NCBI GenBank assembly: GCA_000004695.1 | Contig: CM000151.3 | Location: 6,880,001-6,944,000 of the forward strand | DNA length: 64,000 bases | Direction: 5' to 3' | Origin: Dictyostelium discoideum | Taxonomy: Eukaryota | Shown here: positions 13,917-24,330 of the stretch, piece after piece | Layout: the number at the start of each line of letters is the position of its first letter | How positions within the stretch are numbered: position 1 is the stretch's first letter | Translations under genes and position numbers: made by a program | Notes under the pieces: generated by a model | Told to the model about the DNA's origin: nothing | The model's input: the letters and a program-made list of their open reading frames with translations, nothing else | Databases searched by the model: none

Positions 13917-14366
13917 GGGGCATAAGATCAGTGAATTTATTTGATTTTCATTTAAAATATCATCCTGAAAGAATACAAACCTATATTAGAGCAGCATTTG
14001 GCTCAATCTTCCTATATTATCATCCAAAATTTATTATTAAGGTTTTAAAATTTTTAGAAGAGTCTATCAATCATAATAAACCATTTACTTTAACTATAAG
14101 TGAAAGAAATTATTTCATTATTAAATATTTAGATAGTTATAAATATAATGAAGAATTGTTTTAAAATGATATTGAATAATCCGATATCACCAACTTCAAT
14201 ATTTCGAAATATCCAAATTTTTAAGAAATTTTCAAGTGTAGATACAAGAATGGGTGTATATAGTTATTTAACTTATAAAAAATTACTCCCTTTTGGATTT
14301 AATAGTATTCGAACATCATTTTATTACCGTAATGAAAGTTCATACGAACCTAAATTAACTTTCTAA
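13917..14366 (+). pseudogene. truncated, frameshifted paralogous fragment of the large gene at 17934..22781; it covers codons ~110-250 and then runs straight into the 3' end/3' flank
   Basis: ORFs 13931..14164 and 14148..14366 sit in different frames. They read LFDFHLKYHPERIQTYI...HPKFIIKVLKFLEESINHNKPFTLTISERNYFI and ...PISPTSIF...KKLLPFGFNSIRTSF, mirroring VDLFDFHLKYHPEELQTHI...HPKLIIKVLNFFKESINHNKPITLTKNERNYFI...PISSTSIF...QKLLPFGFNNIQTSF in the large gene. The 3' flank at 14355-14400 (AAATTAACTTTCTAAAAA...ATAAAACAATA) matches the 3' flank of the large gene at 22848-22895. Confidence 0.6.
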
Positions 14367-14914
14367 AAACAATAATAAAGTATAAAAATAAAACAATAAA
14401 TTATATACACAAATATTAAAAAATTCTTTTGGTAATAAAAAGGTTATTTAATAATTTTTTTTATTTTTTTTTATTTATTATTTTTATCATTTTATTATTT
14501 AATTAAATGGATGTGAATTGAATGTTTTTTTTTTTTTTTTATTGGTGCATGAGAGAAAAAAAAAAAAAAAAATTAAAATAAAAAAATAAAAATAAAAACA
14601 TGGGTGTTTTGAGATATTATTAAATTTGATTTTTTTTTTTTTTTTTTTTTAATTTTTTTATTTTTTTTATTTTTAATAAATAAACTTTGTTTTTAAATGG
14701 TTGAATAATAGAAATAGAAATTGATTTAAAAAAACTAATTAAAATCATATCTTTTTTGTATTTATTTATATTTTTTTTTTTTTTTTTTAATTTCCAAGGA
14801 TTTAATTATTAATTTATTTTAATTTCCATTTAGTATGGATAAACAGAAAACTCAAAAATATACAAAATGATATAGAATTTTAAAAAAATAAAAATAATCA
14901 TTCTTTTTTATAAT

Positions 14915-14954
<40 letters not shown>

Positions 14955-15351
14955 ATAAAAAAGTTTATTTTTAGAATTTAATTATTTATCATTCAATTTT
15001 TTGTAAAAATATTTAGTGTGTTGGTTTTAACATTTTTTATAATTTTATATTATTTTGTTATATTTCTGTTTTATATTATATTATTTTTATTTTTTAATTA
15101 GCTATTTATGAAACAAATTCTTCATTTCAATTATTCAAATTTTAAATATAATTATATTTATATATTATAAGCATATTGAAATTAATAGATATGAAAAAAA
15201 TTATTGTGAATAACATATATTTTTTTCTTTTACTATTTTTTTAAAATAAAATATATCACGAATCGTGTAATCCATCATAAAATCAGATTCATCTCATTCA
15301 ATAAATATTTTTTGAATCTAAATTCAATTAAAATCATAGAAATCAAACATA

Positions 15352-15387
<36 letters not shown>

Positions 15388-16050
15388 AAATTAAATAAAA
15401 TAATAAAATATATAATCAATCTATTATTCATTTTTAAAATTTCAAATGGTTATAAATTATTAAAAATATTTTTTAAATAAACTCTAGCAACCAATCTTTT
15501 AAATATTTAATTAAATTATTTTCAACCAGTGTTTAAATTTTTTTTTTTATAATTTATTTCTCATCCCATAGGAATCTAATCTATTACTATTTTTACTATT
15601 TTTATTTGATCCATTTATTAAAACACATATATTATATATATATAAATTATTTTTTATTTTTTATTTTAATTTTTTAACTATAAAATGTAATCAAAAAAAA
15701 AATTAATTAAAATAAAAACCAAAAACTGTCTTAAACAAAGCTATAAAAAATGATATTTAGTAAGGTTTTTTTTTTTATAAAATTGTTTTTTTTAATAGGT
15801 TTATTAACAAACTATTTTTCTTTTAGAAAATTTAATTTCAATATCATTAAAATCAAATTCGTCTCAAAATGGAATTAATAAAAAAGAAATGTCTTCAACA
15901 TCTCAGTCTCAAAATTTATCATTAAAATCAAATGGAATTTTATATTATAGACCACATTTTAATAATTATTAAGTTATAAAAAATTAATTCCATGATTTGT
16001 TTACCAACTATCTCAAGGGAGAATTAAATGAAATTTAATTTGTTCAGAAG

Positions 16051-16083
<33 letters not shown>

Positions 16084-16152
16084 AAAAAAAAATCCAATCG
16101 ATCAATTTTACATTTTAGTTTAAGATAAATTTAATTTTATTTAAAATTTAAG

Positions 16153-16195
<43 letters not shown>

Positions 16196-16343
16196 ATTAA
16201 AAAAACGTTTTTGTTTAATAAAAATAAAATTTAAAAACTGATTAACAAAAAATTTTTTTTTTTTTTAAATTTTAATTTTTTTTAATTTTTTTTAATCCGA
16301 TTTTTTCAGATATTTTTTTTTTTTTATTTTTATTTTTTTTTTT

Positions 16344-16374
<31 letters not shown>

Positions 16375-16380
16375 GAAAGA

Positions 16381-17085
16381 ATGGAGACTAAATTAAATTT
16401 TGATGAAGCTATAAATAAAATTGACAAGATATTGAAACTTGGTCAACTTTTTAATGTAGTCGGAGGAGATATCTTTTTCTGTATTTGTAGTACTAGTAAT
16501 TCCGATGTAAATAATATTGATAAACAAGAAAATAATGATAACGGTAATAGTGATAATAAATTTGATGAGCAAGTATGCAAACGTTTTGAAAATAATTTTA
16601 ATACCAGATTTACAAATATGGTAATCAATATAAAAACTAAACCAGTTAGAGTTGAATTTATTGGTAATTGTGATTCAAAATCAACCGAATTAGAAATAAT
16701 TAAATATTATCGTTCAAATCCAAATTTTATTAATTTAGTAGATTATGAAAATAATAGTTCAACCTCTTCAAATGAAAATAATAGATATATTCATATTCGT
16801 CTTTATTCATTACCAAAAGAATGGTCAATGACATATGTTTGTGAAAAATCTTTTGAACATTCCCATACCCACACTCATGAACAAGGTCATGGTCATCATC
16901 ACAATCACCATCATAATCAGAATGATCATCACCATCACCACCATAATGATCTTGACCCTTCCCATCACCATCACCACCACCATGAGGATGATCATTCTCA
17001 TGAACATGGACATTCCCACTCTCATACTCACACCCATACTCACCCAGGCTCAGAAGAAACCTATCAATGTATGAATTTCCATTGA
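16381..17085 (+). CDS. hypothetical 234-aa protein with a C-terminal histidine-rich (HxH/HHHHHH) tail; single exon
   Basis: Uninterrupted ORF. The C-terminal 80 aa read EHSHTHTHEQGHGHHHNHHHNQNDHHHHHHNDLDPSHHHHHHHEDDHSHEHGHSHSHTHTHTHP. The N-terminal 150 aa are ordinary composition (METKLNFDEAINKIDKILKLGQLFNVVGGDIFFCICS...). No homologue recognised. Confidence 0.5.
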   Translation: METKLNFDEAINKIDKILKLGQLFNVVGGDIFFCICSTSNSDVNNIDKQENNDNGNSDNKFDEQVCKRFENNFNTRFTNMVINIKTKPVRVEFIGNCDSKSTELEIIKYYRSNPNFINLVDYENNSSTSSNENNRYIHIRLYSLPKEWSMTYVCEKSFEHSHTHTHEQGHGHHHNHHHNQNDHHHHHHNDLDPSHHHHHHHEDDHSHEHGHSHSHTHTHTHPGSEETYQCMNFH

Positions 17086-17247
17086 TAATAATTAGTGTTT
17101 AACTTTATCAAGAAATTTTTTTTTTTCCAAGGATATTGGAAAATAAAAGAATAAAAAATTAAAAAATAAAGATTGAAGGGTTATTATTATTTCGTATTTT
17201 ATTTATTTGTATTTATTAATTTTTCACCTCAATTACATAAATTGAAC

Positions 17248-17283
<36 letters not shown>

Positions 17284-17389
17284 CTAAAAATAGAAAAAAA
17301 AAAAAAAATCTGTATAATAATGTTCATGATATCAAATATTTTTCATTGAAATTTAATTCTTATTAATTTGAAGATTGAAAGAAAAAAAG

Positions 17390-17933
17390 ACTATTTCTTG
17401 GATGTCCAAAACAAAAATTCATTTTATTTTTTTTATTTTTTTATTTTAATTTTTTTAATTTTTCTTTTTTCATTTTTTTTTTTTTTTAAAACAAAACTTA
17501 AATAAAAATAATAAATAATCAAAGAATTGGATGAGTACTTCAAACCATTATCACTTCAAATTGTTATTTGTAAGAAAATAATAATAAATAATCAAAGAAT
17601 TGGATGGGTACTTCAAACCATTATCACATTTAAATCTTTGTTATCTGTCCCAAAATTACCATAATAATTTCAGCCTAAAAACGGGTTGTTTATGCATGCT
17701 TAAATTGATATGGTAATTTTGGGACAGATAACAAAGATTTAAATGTAGAGCTTTTATTTTTTTCTATTTCTAAATAAGTTGGTATGAATTTTGAAAATCA
17801 AAAGAAAAAAACACGATTTCTTGGATATCCAAAACAAAAATTTTTTTTTTTTTAATTTTTTTATTTTTTCATTTTTTTTTTATTTTTTTTTTTCTTTTAA
17901 ACAAAATATAAATAAAAATAATAAATAATTATA
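17390..17933. repeat. composite repeat region upstream of the large gene, with four parts: two direct copies of its promoter/5' leader (17390-17530 and 17810-17933); two tandem 48-bp copies of a fragment homologous to the gene's 3' coding end (17507-17553 and 17578-17627); a perfect 37-bp inverted repeat (17628-17664 / 17710-17746); and a 45-bp spacer
   Basis: The direct copies share TTTCTTGGATGTCCAAAACAAAAATT...AAACAAAACTTAAATAAAAATAATAAATAAT. GATGGGTACTTCAAACCATTATCAC resembles GATGGGTACGTCAAACCATTATCATC at 22631-22657. The inverted repeat is ACATTTAAATCTTTGTTATCTGTCCCAAAATTACCAT with its exact reverse complement. Confidence 0.7.
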
Positions 17934-20900
17934 ATGAATAATGAATATAATGAATTATTATTTTGGAAAGTTTTTAAAAATAATTATTTATTAAATTGTA
18001 TATTAAAAAATAAATGTTGTTATAAAAGTAAAAAATTTAAAACTATTACATCAATAGATTCAATGTTAAAACATAAACAATATCAACTGTTGATATGTAA
18101 ATTAAAAGCAGATGAAAATTTGTATTTTAAAGGAAAATATGGAAATGATGAGATCATTAATAGAATAGAAGATATAGAAGTATTCAAAGAGATATATTCA
18201 TTATTACTCTTTAAAGGTTATCAAGATACTAGGGATCATCGTATTTTATTCGATAGTATTTGGGGTATAAAATCAGTAGATTTATTTGATTTTCATTTAA
18301 AATATCATCCAGAAGAATTACAAACCCATATTACAACATCCATATACTCAATCTTGGTATATAATCATCCAAAATTAATAATAAAGGTTTTAAATTTTTT
18401 TAAAGAGTCCATCAATCATAATAAACCAATAACTTTAACCAAAAATGAAAGAAATTATTTCATTATGGAATATTTATATTATTGTAGATATGGAAGAAAT
18501 ATTGAAGAATTGAAAGAAAAGATGAAAATGATATGGAATATTCCAATATCGTCAACCTCAATATTTCATAATTCAGAAAAAAGAGTTCCAAGTGCGAATG
18601 TAGGTTGTTTTCTAAAATATCAAAAATTATTACCTTTTGGATTTAATAATATTCAAACATCATTTGATTGCTCTAAAGAAAATCCAAGGAGTTATTCTTC
18701 TATTGGTGATAGGCGGGGAGATGAAAATAATCAACGTTCTGTTTATAGCATAAATCATTTAAATATGTTTTCAAGTTTTTGTTATGACTTTGATGATAGT
18801 ATTTGCGAGTACATAAAAGATGTTAAAGGAAATTTTGAGTGTATCTCTTCATCTATCAAATCAGTTTTATTATATTTTAAATTGTATTATTGCAACTATG
18901 ATTATAAAAGTAAATCAAAAAGTATACCAACATCGATTCAAACTCAAATTGATATAATAATTGAAAATAGTAAACATAGACGTTGTACTGTATATCAATC
19001 AATTAAACAATTATTTCAACTATTAGCCATTGAATCAAAATCAATTGTTTTATATGCATTTTATTTAAAAGAATATAATGAACCAATTGATACCATTGAA
19101 CTTAGTGAAGAAATTCAATTATTGTTAATATATTACATGATAAAAACCTATAACACCAATATATTAAAGTTTCTATTGAAAAAACATTTAAAAATCAAAT
19201 TAACAAAATTAGATTTGGACTATATTGGTGAATCATATCTCAAATTTTTATTTAAAAGTAAACAAATTAATAAAAACAATATTATTATGTTCTACAAAAA
19301 CTACACATCACAAAAATCAATCATTATAGAAGATTTAGATGAAAAACCACTAGATGATGCAATATCAACAAAGGAACTTATTGATTTGGACAATAAACGA
19401 TTACATTCAATTCTAGGTAATGAATCATCATCGAAATGGAAAGAAATTACATCAAATATAATTGATAATGATATGATTGTTACAATTAAAGATAAAGAAA
19501 CAATCGATTGGTTATCAGATATAGAAACAGGTGGTGGTTGTAGTATTTTAAAAATAAGAGATGCTTTAAATTCAAAATTAAAACAAATGAAACTTGATTT
19601 TAGTACATTGGAATTATTAGAATATGCAAGAATCAAATTTAAACAAGTAATTCCAATTTTAGATTTAAATAAAGAGTTGTGTAATATCCACATTTTACGT
19701 ACTCATGATGATATTGAATCATTAATCAATCGTTTAAACCAATCAAACTTTAATAACAATGAAAATTTATTTAAATATTATATGATTCAAATAATTCAAT
19801 TTGGTTCAAGAAATTCAATGAAATACCTAAGATTAATTTGTGATTCTATTGACGAGTTATTAATGGACTATGAAGGTTGGGTAATTTTAGATGACACTTT
19901 AAGAAGGTTTTATATTAACTCATACCTAATAGAAGGAGAGATATGGGACAATTCAGTAGGTTATCATGAAAATAAAAAGTTCAAAGAATACAAAATACCA
20001 ACTCAACAAACATGTCAAATAATCAATCTCACCAAAATTAAAGTCAATTTCAATCACTTTCCAAATGTAACTTCTTATTTATTACAAACATTTATCGAAC
20101 TTTTAAATTTTGAAGGTGTTCAGTTTATTCTTGATAATTTAAATGGTAAAAATTTAAAATTAAATGAAAAAGCATTTAAAGATCGTTTTCATGATAGAAT
20201 CTATACATGCAAATATTTATATAAAGATTTGATTGAAATGATTCAATTTTTAATTAATAAATTCAAAGATGGTCAATTATCATTATCAAATTTATCATTG
20301 ATATTAAATTTCTTATTTTCAATGTTAATTAGAGTCAATGATTTAACAAATGATCAAATCAAAACAGCTTATCAATCAATATCAAACTATATTGAAATAG
20401 ATAGTTCAGAACTCAATTCATACTATTATTTAAAAACATTATCACCCATTATTTCATCATGTATTATCATTTTTAGAGATAATGGTGGTGGTGATGTTAG
20501 ACCATTACTTGAATATCATATAGATACATCAGTATATACATTCGAACATATATTTACAAATAGAAATAATAACGATCTGAACCAATTTATCGATTCAACA
20601 ATCATGGATATTGTAAAAGATCGTTTTTATTCTAATTTAAACAAAATGTTAGATAACAATAATCCAAGAATTAATTTATTTTTACATTATTTCGAAATTC
20701 AATTAAAATACAAAAATGAAAATGATTTCAAAGGACCATTTTTAAATTATAAACTATTGAAATTAATAATTAAAACATTTGATTTAGAATCATTTATTAA
20801 ATTAGATAGTTTATTAGAGAACCATAATGGTAATTGTGAGCAAGAGGGTTCAAATAACAGGATTTTAAGCGAATTAGAGAAATTTTATTTTAATTGGAAA

Positions 20901-22781
20901 AAACCATTATCATCTAATATGGTTGAATGGTTTGGTATAATTGTATACAAAGATTATTCAGATTATCAAGATATTATAAATTACTTATTTAATAAATATA
21001 AACACCAATTGGAACCATATATAATTTACTATAAATTAAAAATAAATAATAAATCAATAACTAATAATCAGTTACATTCAATTTTATGTAATAAATCATC
21101 ATCGAAATGGAAAGAAATTACATCGAATCTAATTGGTAAGGCCGCTGCTACAATTAAAGATAAAGAAACAATCGATTGGTTATCAGATATAGAAACAGGT
21201 GGTTGTAGTAATTTAAAAATAAGAGATGCTTTACATTCAAGATTAAATCATATGGAACTTGATTTTAGTTCATTGGAATTATTAGAGTATGCAAGAATCA
21301 AATTTAAACAAATCATTTCAATTTTCGATTTATGTGATGAGTTTTTCGAAATTCATATTTTACATACTCATGATGAAATTGAATCATTAATCAATCGTTT
21401 AAACCAATCAAACTTTAATGAAAATGAAGATTTATTTAAAAATTATATGATTCAAATAATTGAATTTGGTTCAAGACTTTCAGCTAAACACATAAGATCA
21501 ATCTTTAAATCATTGGAATATGGCGTTGACAAGTCATCATTGGGAAATGATAATTATAAAGAGTGGAAGTATTTAATAAACAAAGTTTTCAAATACGAGT
21601 ATAGAAGGTTTTTTGATAACCCCTCATACATCCATGAAGAATATTTTTTGGGCCAAATACTACGTGATCATAAAAACGAAGAATACAAAGAATACAATAT
21701 ACCAACTCGACAAGAATCTCAAATAATCAATCTTTCTAAAATTAAAGTCAATTTCAATCACTTTGCAAATGTAACTTCTTATTTATTTCAAGGATCCATC
21801 GAACTTTTAAATTTTGAAGGTGTTCAATTTATTCTTGATAATTTAAATGGTAAAGATTTAAAATTAAATGAAAAAGCATTTAAAGATCATTTTCATGATA
21901 GAATCTATTCATGCGAATATGTTTCTAAAGATTTATATGATACCATTCAATTTTTAATTGAAAAATTCGAAGATGGTCAATTATCACTATCAAATCTATC
22001 ATTGATATTAAATTACTTATTTTCCAAGTTAATTAGAGTCAATGATTTAACAATTGATCAAATCAACATATCTCATCAATTAATATCAAACTATATTGAA
22101 ATAGATAGTTCAAAATACAATTCATACTATTATTTAAAAATATTATCACCAATTATTGAATCATGTATTACCGTTATCGAAGGTCCTACAAGTGATGATG
22201 AAGATGGTAATGGAAAACCAAGACCATTCTGTCATTATGATATAGATACATCAGTATATACATTCGAACACATATTTACAAATAGAAATAATAACGATCA
22301 GAACCAATTTATCGATTCAACAATCATGGATATTGTAAAAGATAATTTTACAATTGAAATATTTTCCAAAATGTTAGATAATAATAATCCAAGAATTAAT
22401 TTATTTTTACATTATTTCGAAATGGAATTAAAAAAAAGAAAAACAAGTAATGATTTCGAAAATGTATTTTTAGAATTTGAACAATTGAAATTAATAATTA
22501 AAACATTTGATTTAGAATCATTTATTAAATTTGAATATTTATTACAACAATATCAATTCTACTTATCACCTGATATCGATGAATGGTCAGATATAAACAA
22601 AGAGTATGCAAATGATCAAGAGGATATAAATGATGGGTACGTCAAACCATTATCATCTAATTTGGTTGAATGGTTTGGTAAAATTTCATTCATATATTAT
22701 CCAGATTATCCAGATATTCTTAATTACTTATTTGATAAATATAAAAACCAATTCGAACCATATACTAATTATATAAATTAA
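17934..22781 (+). CDS. large lineage-specific hypothetical protein, 1615 aa, single exon, built from an N-terminal unique region plus two tandem ~555-aa internal repeats
   Basis: Continuous ORF. Repeat 1 is about 19400-21070 (HSILGNESSSKWKEITSN...KPLSSNMVEWFGII...). Repeat 2 is about 21070-22740 (HSILCNKSSSKWKEITSN...KPLSSNLVEWFGKI...). The two share roughly 75-80% amino-acid identity. No known domain recognised. Confidence 0.75.
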   Translation: MNNEYNELLFWKVFKNNYLLNCILKNKCCYKSKKFKTITSIDSMLKHKQYQLLICKLKADENLYFKGKYGNDEIINRIEDIEVFKEIYSLLLFKGYQDTRDHRILFDSIWGIKSVDLFDFHLKYHPEELQTHITTSIYSILVYNHPKLIIKVLNFFKESINHNKPITLTKNERNYFIMEYLYYCRYGRNIEELKEKMKMIWNIPISSTSIFHNSEKRVPSANVGCFLKYQKLLPFGFNNIQTSFDCSKENPRSYSSIGDRRGDENNQRSVYSINHLNMFSSFCYDFDDSICEYIKDVKGNFECISSSIKSVLLYFKLYYCNYDYKSKSKSIPTSIQTQIDIIIENSKHRRCTVYQSIKQLFQLLAIESKSIVLYAFYLKEYNEPIDTIELSEEIQLLLIYYMIKTYNTNILKFLLKKHLKIKLTKLDLDYIGESYLKFLFKSKQINKNNIIMFYKNYTSQKSIIIEDLDEKPLDDAISTKELIDLDNKRLHSILGNESSSKWKEITSNIIDNDMIVTIKDKETIDWLSDIETGGGCSILKIRDALNSKLKQMKLDFSTLELLEYARIKFKQVIPILDLNKELCNIHILRTHDDIESLINRLNQSNFNNNENLFKYYMIQIIQFGSRNSMKYLRLICDSIDELLMDYEGWVILDDTLRRFYINSYLIEGEIWDNSVGYHENKKFKEYKIPTQQTCQIINLTKIKVNFNHFPNVTSYLLQTFIELLNFEGVQFILDNLNGKNLKLNEKAFKDRFHDRIYTCKYLYKDLIEMIQFLINKFKDGQLSLSNLSLILNFLFSMLIRVNDLTNDQIKTAYQSISNYIEIDSSELNSYYYLKTLSPIISSCIIIFRDNGGGDVRPLLEYHIDTSVYTFEHIFTNRNNNDLNQFIDSTIMDIVKDRFYSNLNKMLDNNNPRINLFLHYFEIQLKYKNENDFKGPFLNYKLLKLIIKTFDLESFIKLDSLLENHNGNCEQEGSNNRILSELEKFYFNWKKPLSSNMVEWFGIIVYKDYSDYQDIINYLFNKYKHQLEPYIIYYKLKINNKSITNNQLHSILCNKSSSKWKEITSNLIGKAAATIKDKETIDWLSDIETGGCSNLKIRDALHSRLNHMELDFSSLELLEYARIKFKQIISIFDLCDEFFEIHILHTHDEIESLINRLNQSNFNENEDLFKNYMIQIIEFGSRLSAKHIRSIFKSLEYGVDKSSLGNDNYKEWKYLINKVFKYEYRRFFDNPSYIHEEYFLGQILRDHKNEEYKEYNIPTRQESQIINLSKIKVNFNHFANVTSYLFQGSIELLNFEGVQFILDNLNGKDLKLNEKAFKDHFHDRIYSCEYVSKDLYDTIQFLIEKFEDGQLSLSNLSLILNYLFSKLIRVNDLTIDQINISHQLISNYIEIDSSKYNSYYYLKILSPIIESCITVIEGPTSDDEDGNGKPRPFCHYDIDTSVYTFEHIFTNRNNNDQNQFIDSTIMDIVKDNFTIEIFSKMLDNNNPRINLFLHYFEMELKKRKTSNDFENVFLEFEQLKLIIKTFDLESFIKFEYLLQQYQFYLSPDIDEWSDINKEYANDQEDINDGYVKPLSSNLVEWFGKISFIYYPDYPDILNYLFDKYKNQFEPYTNYIN

Positions 22782-22980
22782 AACTTTCAATTCAAAAATT
22801 CAATTACTGCTATTAGTTAAAATCTTTTCACATAAAATCAATATTGTTCTAAATTAACTTTCTAAAAAAATAAAATTATAAAAATAAAACAATATATTTA
22901 CACAAAAAAAAAAACCAAAAAAAAAAAAAAAAAATTATTACTCTTTGTTCCAATTACTTGTGGTAGTTGTTGTTTGATTT

Positions 22981-23014
<34 letters not shown>

Positions 23015-23065
23015 TGTTTTTTGGAACCAATAGACAGAGATAAAAGATCTCCTCAAAAAAATGGG

Positions 23066-23100
<35 letters not shown>

Positions 23101-23294
23101 CATTTCCTTATTTTTTACATTTATTTGAGAAATACAATTTTTTTTTGCTGGATGTTCATCACAAGGTGGCGAAAAAAAAAAAAAATAAAATAAAATAAAC
23201 AAAAAAAAAAAAAAATTCGAAAAATACAAAAAAATTTTTTTTTTTTTTTTTTTTTTATTTTCATCATCATTTTTTAAAACTCAACATACAAAAC

Positions 23295-23895
23295 ATGCAA
23301 TCAGTAGACCCACAAGTTGTCGGCGTAGGAAAACAATTCGTTGAGCATTATTATGGTATTTTTGACTCAAATCGTGCAGGTTTAACCCAAATCTATGTAG
23401 GTTTTTTTTTTTTTTTTTTTTTTAATTCCTATTTTTCTATTTTTATTTTTTCCCAAAATATTTACTAATTCTTTTATTTTATAAAACCCACCCAAACTAA
23501 AAATAAATAAAAATAATAAAAAATAAAAAAATAAAGCAACAACAAACAACTTTAACATGGGAAGGTAAATTTTTATCAGGTGCTGACGCAATTGTTAAGC
23601 ATATTGTTGAATTACCATTCCAACAAACCAATAGAAAAATCAATAGTATTGATTGTCAACAAACTTATCAACCAGGTATTATGATCACCGTCACTGGTAC
23701 TCTTATTGTAGGTTTTATTTATTTTCACAATATTTGTTATTAAAAGTAATAAATTATTAATACTATTATTATTATAAAATATAGATTGATGGTGAAGCTA
23801 AAAATCAATTAAAATTCGTTCAAGTCTTCAATCTTGCTTCAAATAATGGTTCATTCTTATTAATTAATGACTTTTTCCGTTTGGTTTTAGATTAA
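23295..23895 (+). CDS. nutf2: nuclear transport factor 2 (NTF2); join(23295..23396,23537..23707,23785..23895)
   Basis: MQSVDPQVVGVGKQFVEHYYGIFDSNRAGLTQIY/QQQTTLTWEGKFLSGADAIVKHIVELPFQQTNRKINSIDCQQTYQPGIMITVTGTLI/IDGEAKNQLKFVQVFNLASNNGSFLLINDFFRLVLD compares with human NTF2 (FIQHYYQLFDNDR...LTWEGQQFQGKAAIVEKL...NDMFRLAL). Both donors are GTAGGT. Confidence 0.85.
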
Positions 23896-24330
23896 TCTAA
23901 ATAGGAATTTGTAAAAATATAATAAAAAAAAAAAAAAAAAAATATATATATAAAAAAAAAAAAACAAAACCAACTTATAAATTAGATAATAAAAAAAAAA
24001 AAAAAAAAAGAAATTATATGAATTTAAAAATTTTTTTTTTTTTTTTTTAACGGAATTATTGCTTTTTTATTCTTTAAAGGAATTTAATCAAAGTTTTTAT
24101 ATATAGAATTATAATTGTGGATCAGTTTTTCTTGTTTTTTTTTTTTTTTTTTCCCACAAAATTAAACAACAAATTTAATATAATCATTAATATAAATAAA
24201 ATAAAAACATGGAAAAAAAATGTAATAAAACATTGGAACCATATGAATTTTTGTATTTTTTATTCTTTTACATTTTTTTTATTTTTTATTTTGTATCATT
24301 TTCTTAATTTATGTTTTTTTATTCATTGTT

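Noticed and set aside
15830-15965. In-frame stretch after a TTTTAG acceptor that reads NLISISLKSNSSQNGINKKEMSSTSQSQNLSLKSNGILYYRPHFNNY*
   Set aside because: I could not find a phase-compatible upstream exon (the candidate ATGATATTTAGTAAG at 15748 gives wrong phase). It is left unannotated.
16825-17074. ORFs 16825..17043(-) and 16835..17074(+) overlapping the His-rich tail
   Set aside because: These are alternative frames of the CAT/CAC-rich segment (they read as M/V/I runs). The forward frame with a normal N-terminal domain is the only one with a start and ordinary upstream composition.
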